Part shown: piece after piece, positions 45,385 through 59,625 of the stretch | Layout: each line of letters opens with the position of its first letter | Position numbering within the stretch: position 1 is the stretch's first letter | DNA from: Chrysomallon squamiferum | Lineage: Eukaryota > Animalia > Mollusca | Direction: 5' to 3' | NCBI GenBank assembly: GCA_012295275.1 | Contig: CM022671.1 | Location: 35,898,001-35,962,000, forward strand | Length of the DNA: 64,000 nt | Notes under the pieces: model-generated | Told to the model about the DNA's origin: nothing | What the model saw: the letters and a program-made list of their open reading frames with translations, nothing else | Database searches by the model: none | Program-made: the position numbers and the translations under genes

Positions 45385-46155
45385 CTACAACAACATCATA
45401 GCTCAGTTATTAAAACAAATTTTTATTTATTTTTATTACTGTAATAAAAACATACAACTATGATTATATGGATAAGTATGTCTATTAATGACAGAAGAAA
45501 ACAAACAACAGATTTTACTCTTTATTTTAAAGCATTATAAATATAAGTTTCAAAATTATATCTTAAAAATCTAGGCAAAGTCATAATTGTAAAACCCCCA
45601 AAACCCCCAAAACAAACAGACAAATTAAAAAAGAAATCAATAATAATAATAAAATTAAATTAAAAATAAAAAAAATATATAAAAAATCCCCAGAAAATTA
45701 GTTTTTATTCTTGCATTTATTTTTTACTGTTAAATTGAAATTATGAATTTTTCTTTCTATTTTAGTATGATATGTTAAAAAAAAAGAAGTAAAATAACAA
45801 CTTACTCTTTTCTATCCCAGCGACCACCATCAAGGAAAAGTCCAAACACGTAAACACCATCATCAGGTGGATCATCATGTGTGTCCACTGACAACACCTA
45901 GAAACACACACAAGTAAATCATTACCACATACTAGATATACACCATTTCTTACAGAATACTAGAAATATACCATTTAGTATAAAATACTAGATATACACC
46001 ATTTCTTACAGAATATTAGAAATATACCATTTATTACAGAATACTAGAAATATACCATTTATTACAGAATATTAGAAATATACCATTTATTATGGAATAT
46101 TAGAGGCATACCATTTATTATGGAATAATGCATTAGAAATATGTCATTTATTATA

Positions 46156-46190
<35 letters not shown>

Positions 46191-46517
46191 TGGTAAATGA
46201 TGTCTAACTGCAAATAAGTGATGATTATAGTAAACAATAATTTAATAAATCAATAAAAACTGACACCAGTGAAAATGTTTTTGATATTAACTATTGATTT
46301 TGCAGGTAAAATGTGAAGAGTTTTACCTCAAAATCGTTGGCGAGTTTGTCTATGGGGATGGTGTATTTCCTGGCATAATTCTGCATGGCGCCAGTGAGGA
46401 AGGCCTGAGTGAAGAAAAATCCTGAAATCCAGAATACTGCTGGTTTTCCTTTGTCATACCATTTCTGTAACAAAGCATGGAGTAGTGAGAATACAAACAC
46501 ATCATCTCAAGTTACAT

Positions 46518-46580
<63 letters not shown>

Positions 46581-49500
46581 ACAGAGACATGCACACACAC
46601 ATACAAACATTTTTTTCAATGAAAAGGACAAAGACCTGCAAGAAGTTGAGTCTTTCGAGGAAGTCATTGATGTAGCTGCCAAGGGGCTTGAGGGAGGGGT
46701 AGGATCTCTTCACCCACATGGCAGGTTGTTTACCAATGAGCAGACTGCCGGCCAGAGCCTCCAGTTCAGCTGACATAACCACCAGACCTTTGATAGCTTT
46801 CTGCAGATTCTGCAAACTGCTTCTTATAATACTGAGCAGTCTAAAAATATCAGAGACAGAGTAGTTAAGTGAGATAGTCTGTCACATCAACCACACAAAT
46901 AATCATGTTACTCACATCAGACAATAAAACACAAAATACCAAGGAAACAAATACACACAAGACAATTAGGAACAAGTTACCACAGAAACCAAAATATGCA
47001 TCAGTAATACAAAATTAAAAAGAATATATTTGTTTGTCTATGTAATTGTCAAAATGGAAATAACATTTCAATAGTATTGTGAACATTCTTATTTTTAAAG
47101 AAAAATAATAGCAGTAATAACAAATTATTTCATGAATTTTATAAACTTTGGTAAGAAGAAGTTTTACCTGTTGAATCGTTCCATCTCCTGGACAAGTACA
47201 GTGTTCATACTTTCAGAGTAGGTGACCGGATATTTCTTTGTGGCTGTCTCTATATCATAGTCTTTAGGTAACTGAAAATAATTGTCAAAATTTCTCAAAT
47301 TACCATCCAGAAAAACAGAGATCAACATCCACTTCCTTCATACATTAATTTTAACTATACACATATTTATTTTACAATACAGTAAAGAGCTGTTATTTTT
47401 TGGTAGTATTTTGGTTTCATTGTTTTCAAAACTGAACAATTTTAATTTCTTTAAAACAAATTGTAAATAATGACATAAAATAAAAAATAAAAAATAATAA
47501 AATATGTTGTCAAGATGAAAACATCAAGATATTTTTCATGTTTTGTATTCTTTATTTCAAAAGCCAAGTCATTTAATTTGGTTTAATTAAATAAGTAACG
47601 AAGTAGAAATACTGGACATAAACAGCTGAATACCTTGGCAAGAATGTCTGAGGCGATGTCTAACAAAGTTTCGTCTGACTTGCCAGACGCCCCCCCTTCT
47701 CCTCGCCCCTGAGTGAGCAGCACTGAGTCGAAGAGCAGTTTAGTTTCCTGCAACTCTCGAGTGATGTCAACATTCTCGTGAAGTCCAAACACTTCTGGGT
47801 TCTGTGTCTGAGGAAGATTCTGTCCAAAAAAATATTTAAATTCATATTCACACTGTCAGATTTGTCTTGTTGCTTGATTCACTGTAGCACATTAGTTAAT
47901 ATCAAGCACTGTTTAGTAACAAAAATTTAGAAAAACAGCAACACTTTAAAAATATTTTGTGTTTGATTGAAAAGTCAAACAATTAATGACAACACAAATA
48001 TACATTTATTCATTTTCTTTCATCACTGTTAGCACATCAACTTTCTATCTTTACTGTAATTTCTCTTTCTGACATGCAGCCTTCAGTTACAAATTAATAC
48101 TGTTTAATAACAACATCAGCCACTGGACATATAAATAAAACATGTAGGCTGTTAGTACCTGTACAGATATCCTTTTATTTATAATAAAAGAAATAATACA
48201 TGATCTCAAATATTAACTCTGTTAAACTGAGTAACAAAATTAAGACTACATTTAATAAAGTGACCGCATACCTTGATAAACTCGACGTATTTTTCATAGG
48301 AACTCTTGGGAGGTGCAAAGTAGATTCCGCTGGGAGAGAACTTGTACTTGGCTTCTGTGATCACCTGCGGGTTGTAGAAGTCATCCAGCAATGTCAGCAG
48401 ACAGCGTCTGTCCCAGTCGTCAGTGACACGGCCGCCGTAGTTACACTCGCCTGTCATGTATGAGATGGCATCAAAGGGAACATCGTCGTACTCGTTGATG
48501 AACATCTGTAGCTGACGTACGGAGATACGCAGGTCAGACTCGTTGAAGCCGTATGGAATGTTCCAGCCAATCGGCCCAACTTTCCTACGTTCCTGAACCA
48601 GTGCGTGGAAGAAACACAAGCCAAACAGCAGCTTTTCAAATTGCTGAAAGTAAAATCATTATAAGTTGATAATAAAATTATATAAAATAAACATCATCAC
48701 AAAATCTTATGAACATGACTTTAAAATATTGTTTTGTTGTTAAGTAATACCACTGAAATAAAATAATAATAAATTAAAAAATTATACTATGGGTATTTTA
48801 AAAAATTTGGTAAGGTGTCTCTTCAACAAAACAGTTTGATTTCTATTTTCTGCTCAGTGTGTATTTAACAATGCATGTTTGATAATAACTATTTTAAATA
48901 ATTAAAAACATGGAGATGACTTACGAGTTCTTTTCCGGGACACCCGCTGAAGAACTTCTCATCACTGATTGGGTCATTGAGGTAGGACTGTAACAGGTTC
49001 TGTCTGAGACCAGTCGGTGGCTCATTGGTCATCTTCACTCCGTTCTGTAACACCGACACAGGGAACTGCAAAACAAACACTCTAATAATCTACTGAACTG
49101 ACAGGCTGTCTGATACAGGGAACTGCAAAACAAACACTCTAATAATCTACTGAACTGACAGGCTGTCTGACACAGGGAACTGCAAAACAAACACTCTAAT
49201 AATCTACTGAACTGACAGGCTGTCTGTAACTGTCAAATGTGGTTAAACAAATTCTTGATTTTGTTAAAGAAAAAGAAAAATTCAGACAAGTTCAGTGGGG
49301 AACAAGGGATATTCTCATCTTTACTTTTACTGCATGATTTGCCCCCAATTCGAAATGGAATCCAGATTAAGATACATAAAACCATCCTAATACAACTAGA
49401 CCCAGGAGGATAAATTAAGATATACGATGACAATAAAGTTTTAGAAAATTAAGATGAGTAGTGTGATGAGATTTTTATATTTAATTAGAGAGATTTACTT

Positions 49501-52326
49501 TAGGAGACGGGTAGCTGGTGAGCCAGAGTCTGAAGTCTGCGTGAGTGTTTTCTGTGGTGAAATCCTCACAGATCTTTTCTAGTGGAGTCATCCACGACAC
49601 AGCTAAGTGACAGTTCTGCAGCAGAACCCAGGTTCCATCCTGCCGAGCTGCGTCTATCATTTTAGCTGCTATAGGACCCTGAAAATAAACACAGCAAGCA
49701 TGGGTCAGTCGCAGAAATATGATATTTTCAATTTATTTAACACCAAATGAGACACAAACAAAAACAGTTAAATAAATATTTACTCTTTAATCCTTTTGAT
49801 GAATACTTTTGTCTTTAATCTCCTTATCACTCCTCTCACCGTATCCAAATATTGACCTACTGATACATGCATTATGTAACTGTAAACACAAGTAAGACAA
49901 ATACCTGGCCCTGTCCAAGTGAGATGGAGTTGAATTTCTTTGCTCCGTATCCTTTGTCATCAGCAAACTTGAGCAGACTCATGGTGGGGTCAGCCCCAGG
50001 GGACAGGACAAAGATGAGGGGAGTGGTCTGGTTTGAATCAGCATAACTCTTTGCCAGGTCGAATGGTGGAGGCTCAACAAACTTCTTACCTAACTTCTCC
50101 ATCACAAAATCAGTGATAGCTGGAATTATCTGAAACACAAACAAACATCTGTAATTATAGAATTATCTTACTTGACATGTGCTTATTTCTTTTTTATTTA
50201 AAAGTGTATTACTTAATAAATGATTGTTAAATAACTCTGTATATTATAATATTGAAAGGTAAAATTAAATAAATAAATAACTCATACCCTGTATAAATGG
50301 GCCAGTTCTTACATTCAGAGAGCTTGAAGAGCATTAATATTATTTTAAATGGTAATTAGAAGTGAATAAATGACTATATATATTTAATTATATTAATAAT
50401 TATTAAAAATTAAAACAAAATTTCTGAAAAGAATGAGAAAACTGATTTTGATTAATCACTTTTTATGACAGATGAAGGTAAAACAATAATCTTTTACATG
50501 CAGTGGGAGTCCTGGCTGGAACTGGAGAAATGAAATGTCATGTGATTACCTTGTCAGGTCTGATACAGCGAAGCACCATCATCTTCTCAAAGTCAATGAG
50601 ATCTTTGTCCCAGGGGCTAGGCAGGGGCATCTTGTTCGGTTCCTTTGACGCATAATATTCTCTCCATTTGTCCAGATTCTTGGTGAAATGATCTCTAAAA
50701 ACATTTGTCAATATTTGTTACAGCAGAGACACACATCCACTCAGACACAGGACACTTACACACAGATATATACTTACACTTAGATATATATATACTAACA
50801 AACAGATAGATACTTAAATATATATATATACTTACAAACACATATACTTACACAAAGATGCGTACCTACACATAAATATATACACAGAAATGATCATGTT
50901 CATTATATGTCTATTTCGATTTGGATTTCTGTTTATATATGTTCATTTTACAGACATTAATTATATTGTTATGGATACAAGTAAAATAAAGATTTTGAAA
51001 AGGGAGTTACTTTTAATTAATTCTATAAACTAACAATGTGAATAATTTTTTTTTTTTTTAAATGCACGAAACAATACCAGTTAAAAATAAGAAATGGTAT
51101 TAAAATTTTAATTTTACACTAGGAATATTTTCATTAGCTCATGGACTTGTGTTCACAAAATGAAACTTTTTAAAAGGGTCATGATGAAATTACAGAAGAT
51201 GTTTGGTGCCATTACGACAGTATCCATGGTCTGAGAGATCTATTATTTATTGCTGCAGTGATCAGTGTCTCTGATGTTTTAGGAGTGTGTAAATAATACA
51301 TACAACTCTGACATTTCAACTACTCTGCTGGATGGATCCAGTTTTGTCTTCTTGTAGAAATTAATAAAATCTTTGTGTTGTATCACAAATTCTTAAACTA
51401 ATTACTTGTTTTTTAAACTGACACAAACACAGACAGCTAAAATATTGTTTTGAAAATGAAAGAGTAAATCAGAATTTTCTTAGACTATTAAAACTGAATG
51501 TATCGCCTGACCCTGAAACCATAATTCACTCACTCTCACTAACTTTCTCTCTCTCTCACATACACACACAATTTATATAACAAAGACATATACATATAAA
51601 ACACACAAACCACATATTTGATAACAAATTTTACCTGAACTTTTTGAAGTTGGTCAGTTCTGTAAGACGACAGATTTCATCCCAGGATTTATCTGTGAGC
51701 CACTGAGGGGCGGGGTTGGCCAGCTTGTTCTCCAGCCCCACCCCTCCAGTGAGCAAGAACATGAAATCATCGTGTTTTAGATCCTTCCTTGCTCTGAGAA
51801 ATTAAAACAAATTTGACAGTATTATTACCTAATCTGTGATTTTAATATTTTATATTTAATACACATAAAAGATGAAATATGCATTAGTGAAATGTAATAA
51901 TAATTAAAGTAAGCATCTTTGCAATAAGTTATGTTAAATGTACAAGAAACAAAATTATTCAAATGATATTCATATATTAATAGATAATTTTACTTTAATA
52001 TAAACACAAAATTTAACAGAACATTGAAAATTATAATCTTATATTTTACACGCACACACACACACACACACACATATCACAAACCCACACTTTTACCCAT
52101 TCACAGAAACACAATAGCACACATAAACACATTTAAACATGAAGTTAATACATAATGTGAATCACAACAAAACAAAACACAAAACAGTTAGTTACAACAC
52201 ACAGTATTAGACAAACACAACAACTCAGATACTACACTAGTTTCTGAAAACTAGTCCTATTTCTAAAGAAGAAAATAAACACTATCTTTGTTATCAAGGA
52301 AATAGATGAAATGTATGGTTATTGAA

Positions 52327-52381
<55 letters not shown>

Positions 52382-54451
52382 TATATATAAAAGACTGAAA
52401 TGAATAAAGAAAAAAGAAAACTAGAAAAAATGAGAAAATGTGAGAAAAAAAAAGAGGAAAGATCCAAACAGTGAATTTAGGCCATAAAAACACTGTAAAA
52501 ACCTGTAAAAACACCATACTCAACACTTTTCTAAATGTAAGAAACCTGATCACACCCTCTGCCCTCCCTGAGTACTTTCTTTTTAAATTTTTATAAATGA
52601 GTCAGTACTCTTTCCCCTTCCCGCCTGACTTATTTTTATTTGCTTTTAATAAATGTTTGTAAACAGAATAATAGTCAACTATTCACAGCTTGTTTGTTTC
52701 CTAAAAATAAATAAAAAAATACACATCCCATCCTTTACTGTACACTTGCATTTCAAGATTTAATAAAAAAAATAATACAAACAATAAAAATGTTAACAAT
52801 TTTTTATTAGTTTGTTAAATGACTGAAAACACCCAACTTTTTATTGATTACTTTTTTCTCTAGGTGTTGATATTTTTACTCCAGCTTTACTGAACTTTAA
52901 ATTTTTTAAATATTTTATATAAAACAGTTTCAGGTTCACTGTGCATTTGCTTGTTAAATATTTACAAAGTTGACTGTGCCCTTTACTTATTTGCTTATTA
53001 TGAGAATTGAATGTTCATCTCTGAGTCTATTTGAATATGTATTATAAAATGTTTCTCACATCTTAACACCCAATCTAGAAGTTTGTATATTTTGTTGTTT
53101 GACCATATATTTGTTTATCAGGTATTTTGAAAACCGGTCATACCCTCCTTTATATCAGATTATTAACAACTAGTATGTAAATCACAAATCTGGTTACTTT
53201 CTGTTAGTGACGCTCACTCAAGTTTCAAATTTTAAAAATGTGTTAAATTGTGCATCTTCTAAACAGCATGCTGTAGTGCAGGAAATAAACATTGTTGATG
53301 ATGTCATCACTTGTTGCCAAGACAACAGAAGTCAAAAACAAACTGTGGTGTCCATCACTTGTTTGGGTAAAAAATATTTAAAAAAACAAAAAAACAAAAC
53401 AAACAATAACAGCAGTGCACACCAATCTGTATAGTGATCATACTAGTACACACCATTTTGTGTTAAGTTCAACATTAAAAATGTAAAACACACTTAGTGT
53501 GAGTAGAAAATCAAAAATCACGGCAGCGATGCACACGTTTTTCTTGTGTGAGAAAAAAAAAGAAAAAACAACAGCAGTGCACACCAGTTCTGTGAGTTGA
53601 AAAAGAAAAATGACAACAGCATGGCAGGCAGGTCTGCCTGCAGGACGTGGCCTGTACTTACGACAGAATGTTGGAACAGAGAATGAAAGAGAAAAGAAGT
53701 TTGTCTTTCTCAAAGAGAGAACGACACACGCTGCAATAAAGGTTGTAGGTGAAATGGTCCGAGAGATAGCGTAATCGCTTTTCCAAGATCTTGGATTTGT
53801 TGCTGAAAAAACAGGAGACAAAGTCATTAGGAACTACAGAAGAAGATGACTAGATTAAACCCTGTCCACTAGGACACAGAGCAGGACCCAGTTCTTGTTG
53901 TCTGCAGAACGATTTGCTTGGTAAGGTAGTAAAATACTATTTTAAAAATTCAAATCTCAGATGCTTTTCTTATAAACCTAACTTACCAAACAAAATCACT
54001 GCTAACAACAAGAACTGTTTCTGAAAAAAGATGAAAGCTCTTCTATAAATTATTTCATGACAAACACAAGACAAAAATCTAAGTTTCCATGTCTGTTATT
54101 ACAAATTAAAGTTTAAAATTTATTCCTCTGTGTTTGCCAATGAAGTAACTATAGAGCAGCTTTCATCAGACACATATAAATACATGAATAATCTGCTGGT
54201 ATGACTAAATACTCACAACTGCATGTTGGCACACAGAAGGAAAGCAAACACGAGCTTGTGTTTGGCAAACAGAGAGCGAGATACATTGTCATACAACTGA
54301 TAGGAGAAATGATCCTTGAGGTAGCGCAGACGTTTCTCCAAAATCTTTGACTTATTACTGAAAAATTACCTCACAGCATGTTACACAGAAACTGTTATAT
54401 CTCTAGCTATTCGTTTATTTCCTACTAATTATATTTGTACTACTAGTAGTC

Positions 54452-54527
<76 letters not shown>

Positions 54528-54923
54528 AACTGTCATCATCATCATTTCATTACTAATTGCCCATCAGTAAGAATATTGAGAACTATGTTGTTATTATAAT
54601 GTGCTATTTTTAATTGAATTTATTTGTGATATATACATTATTATGTTGTTATTATTATTATTATTATTAATCCTGCTACTACTATTATTATTATTATTAC
54701 TACTATTGTTACTGTTTATTATTACTTATCATTATCATAATCTGCTGAAAGACAAACATACTCAGTATTATAAATATAAACAATTTACATGTTGACTCAA
54801 GGCATTTCTCCAAAATCTTTGACTTATTACTGAAAAATTACCTCACAGCATGTTACACAGAAACTGTTATATCTCTAGCTATTCGTTTATTTCCTACTAA
54901 TTATATTTGTACTACTAGTAGTC

Positions 54924-55011
<88 letters not shown>

Positions 55012-58000
55012 AACTGTCATCATCATCATTTCATTACTAATTGCCCATCAGTAAGAATATTGAGAACTATGTTGTTATTATAATGTGCTATTTTTAATTG
55101 AATTTATTTGTGATATATACATTATTATGTTGTTATTATTATTATTATTATTAATCCTGCTACTATTATTATTATTATTACTACTATTGTTATTGTTTAT
55201 TATTACTTATCATTATCATAATCTGCTGAAAGACAAACATACTCAGTATTATAAATATAAACAATTTACATGTTGACTCAAGGCATTCCAGCCTGGTCAT
55301 ATTAAATATTCAAATGATCAAACTGTTTTTGTTTGTTATACGAATCAGCTTACACAAACAACACAACATCTATCTACAATCTTGTCATTTTATTAACTTT
55401 CGGTCATGTTATCTTTAGTCTATTTCTTTTCTAAAGAGTGAGGAAAAACACCTGAGGAAGTGTATTGTTTAAACATGATTGTATCAGTGAGTTACACAAC
55501 ACACAGAGATGAATGTATCAACACAGCCTGCAGCCAATTACCAGATTGCATCAAAAAATAACACCCAGCTTTCTCTACCCACAGGCCCTTGTTTACAGTT
55601 CTTAGTCTACACTTCGTAAAGTAAATAAAATGACAAAAAACATTACCTGTAATATATATTTTCTAAGGTAAATGAAATGATTACAAATGTTATGTATAAT
55701 ATATATTTTGTAAAGTAAATAAAATTCTGATGAACATTTTACCATTAATATAAATTTTGTTAGGTGAATATAACAAAATTTTGATACAAATTTCACTGAT
55801 AATAAATATTTTCTAATGTGAATAAAACAGAATTAAGATAAGGTTCATTTATATCAAATATTCTGTAAGATGAATTAGAAAATGTTAATATTAAACATTC
55901 ATCTATAACAATACATCTTGTAACGTGGATGTAAGAAAATAAAGGTAAAAATTTAAGTACATATCATTCTATGATCTTGATTCATGGTTCTTAATACACT
56001 TTTTTAGATTTATTTATTTATTTATTTATTTATTATTTTCTGTTATATGACAAAAAGTAAAGACATAATCTATGACATTGTAAAATACAAATACATATTT
56101 ATGTTGACTTTTAGCCTTTTATTTAAATTTGCTGTTGTACAGATTGTAGTGATATGTAAATTTTGATTTCTGCAGGCAACATGCAACAGAAAAACTATTA
56201 TTAATTTTTTTTTTTTTAAATAACTGTTTATCATTTGAATTATGATTTTTCACTCCCTTGTTCTTGTAAATCTCAAAATCAATATAATCTGTTCCATACA
56301 TAATATACATATTCAAACTAAAATGATTGACTTAGGGCTGATAGGAGAATAGCTGAAAAATGTCTTTCTAACTTATGAAGTTGGTAGATAAAATATTTTG
56401 ATAATTTTTGGTTTAGATACAATTGATGGAAAAATAAATTCGAATTTGTGACTGTCTAAAAACATTTTGAAACTTAATAATTAATTAAAAAATAATAAAT
56501 AAATGACATAGACATAATATTGCATAGATATATAATGAAACAAATTGGAAATTAATTTAAAAAAAACACTGAAATAATAATAATAATAATAAAATAATAA
56601 ATTTAATGAAATAAATTAAAATTTAATAAATAAATACATTTAAATGTACATGAGAGAAAATAAAATAACAATTATAATAAAATTAAAAATAAATTAATCA
56701 TAAATATAATGTTTTCTGTAAATAATAAAACCAGCCATGATAGGTATAGTAAAACATTAAAAAGAATTAAGAAAGTAAAAAAATAAAATAAAATAAATAA
56801 TAAAATAATCATAAATATAATTTTCTCTGAATGTAAGAAGACAGTCCATGCTAAGTATAGTAAAACACTGAAAAGAACTGAGAAGGTAAAAGAAATTACC
56901 TGTCATGTATTGACATGATGAAGAGGTTGACAAACCAGATGAGAGAGTACTGGTACATGGGGTCAATGTTTGGCAGGTCAGCGATGGAGAAGAACAAGAT
57001 GGAGGAGTGTTTGGCTATTGGTCTGTAGCCCATTCGAGACGCTTCAATTTTCTTCTCTGTCTCCTCTGCAACCTGTCACAACAAACATTTGAGTTTTTAA
57101 ACATAACTTATGATTTACCATCAACATAAACAATTCCTTAATCTTCATATTTTGCAAAACATTTTGTGTGTGATGCCTAATCATAATATTTTAACAAGCA
57201 TTTAAGTCCAGTCCTATTAACTTAACTTCAGAATTTTACTATAGACTCAAATTAATTAATTTTACATAAATTTCATTACTTAACCCCAGTACTACCTAAG
57301 TTGCTTTGAATTAATATAGAGAAAAAAAAAAAATAATAAAAAAATTAATTAATTAATAAAAAAAACAATAAATAAAAACCCATCAAAGAATGTAAAAAGA
57401 AGTTAAGATAAAACATCTACCATCTGTTTCTTAGAGATTTCATCGGAGAGTATTTTTGAGGAGTCAAGGATCTGGATGGCGCTCTCGTCCTCCAGGATGT
57501 TTCCCTCTGATGCAGACAGTGTGAAGAGAATCTTGTCTTCTATCTCCTTCAGCTGTTTACGGTTGGCTGCACCCGTGACAATCAACACCTGACGTTCCTC
57601 CTCTAGTTCAGGTCTGAGAAAATTAAATATACAATTACTTACTCAAATTAAATGTACTATAACTTACTCAAATTAAATGTACATTTACTTAACCAAATAC
57701 CTGTTGAACAAACATCAGTTTGCATGTTTCTAAGTTATTCTTTTACCTCTTTGACACACCAATATCATTTTGTATGTTTCTAAGTTACTTTTAATTTTTT
57801 TTTGAAACACCAATATTATTTTGTACATTTTAAAGTTATTTTAAAATTTTTGACACAACAATATCATTTTGTACACTTCAAAGTAATTCTTTGAATTTTC
57901 TGATACACCAATATCATTTTGTATGCTTTTAGCTGATTTTTTTAAAATTTCTTAACACAAACTTTTCTAACAATAAAGTATAAAAATTGGTATTGGAGGC

Positions 58001-59448
58001 TGTCATTTTTCTTTCTTTCACTGCACATGTTAATCATATATAACACATCTAATAATTTTACAAGCAACAACTTTGTTAATTTGTTTTACTCAATAATAAA
58101 TTATTTGAAGTTAAATTCAGTGTAAAAATAAAATTTTGAAACCTTTCTTTTGCAACGACAATTCCCAGCAGCTGATCTTCCAGGCCCTCTGGCGTGATCA
58201 TGAAATTGAGGAGGGACACTTTGGTGGAGATTTCTGGCAGGTAGTGAGGGTTTCGGAGTTTGGTTGTGATGTAGAATCTGAAGTCCTGGCTGTACTCAAT
58301 GACGTTGTCACCCAAACGTATCATCTCCACTCCACCTGTAGTCAAATCAACATTTGTTTTAATATTTTACATAGCTGTCACAGAAAACATTCACGTTATG
58401 TTGTTATTTTATAAATTTAATTATCTTTAATATAGTTATTTTTATAATAATAATTTTTAAAATGAAAAACAGGTTTAATTTTTTATTAATCACAAATTTG
58501 AACATAATAAAAATCCATCAAAAGAAAAAATACTTTTAAAATATTAACATAAATGAATCCGTTTTTTTAATATTTAATGACAAGAAGAAAAAAATCATAT
58601 CTTGTTGATACAAGTAAATAATATTTATTGTATATCTGAAATTCTTTCCATGTAAACAAAGTATTTTTATTTATGGATGAAATGTTTAGGAACAAGTTTA
58701 GATTTAAATAACTAATTTAGTGTTTTCACAAAACAACAACAAAACAATGTCAAGAACTGCTAACATTACTACTTGGTCTTGTAATGGAATAATATTGATA
58801 ACAAATAAAAATTTAATCCTTGTTGACACATGTAGCATAAAATAATTAATAAACCAATAAAAAATACAAAATAAATAAATACTGATAAATAAAAACATGT
58901 GGTTCAGAAGCTTTTTAAAAGCAGCAGTAAACAAAAATAAACAAAAATATGAAGCTTAATGGATAAAAGCTGTTATTCATGTTTTTATTCTTAAGAAATT
59001 AATATTCAAAAAATAATAATAATATATATATATGTATGTATTTGAGCAAAGTATAAAAAGACAATATTTTACAAGAAAAATAAATGTAATATTAAATTGA
59101 CACAAACAAATTAAAATAATAATAATAATAATAATAATAATATTAATAACAATAAAAACAACAACAACAGCAAAGACTATTGATAAGAATAAAAATGCTA
59201 ATGTTTGATTGTATCTCATATTGTATTTTTTTTTTTTTTTTTTTTTTTCAGTTAACAGATAAGGATTAGATCTACTATTTGTAAAAGAAAAAAAATCAAT
59301 AAAAATATTTTATGATTTAAAGATTTCATTTCCACTGATGTAAAACAGAAAGGAGTTGGATGAATGGATGAAAAAATAGATAGCAAAAAAAAAGAAGTAA
59401 TAAGGCAAGAAATACAAACATTGAAACACACAGGATAATATTCAGATA

Positions 59449-59484
<36 letters not shown>

Positions 59485-59506
59485 AAATAAATAAATAAAT
59501 AAAAAA

Positions 59507-59556
<50 letters not shown>

Positions 59557-59582
59557 AAAAAAAAAAAAAAAAAAAAAAAAAA

Positions 59583-59625
<43 letters not shown>

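Noticed and set aside
49233-49433. Coding-looking 200-bp stretch inside a short dynein intron
   Set aside because: No recognisable protein in any frame, and the flanking dynein exons join without it.
46516-58414. Plus-strand ORFs at 46516, 48200 and 58136, and alternate-frame minus ORFs at 45161, 47660, 48454, 53438 and 56757
   Set aside because: They are shadows of real dynein exons.
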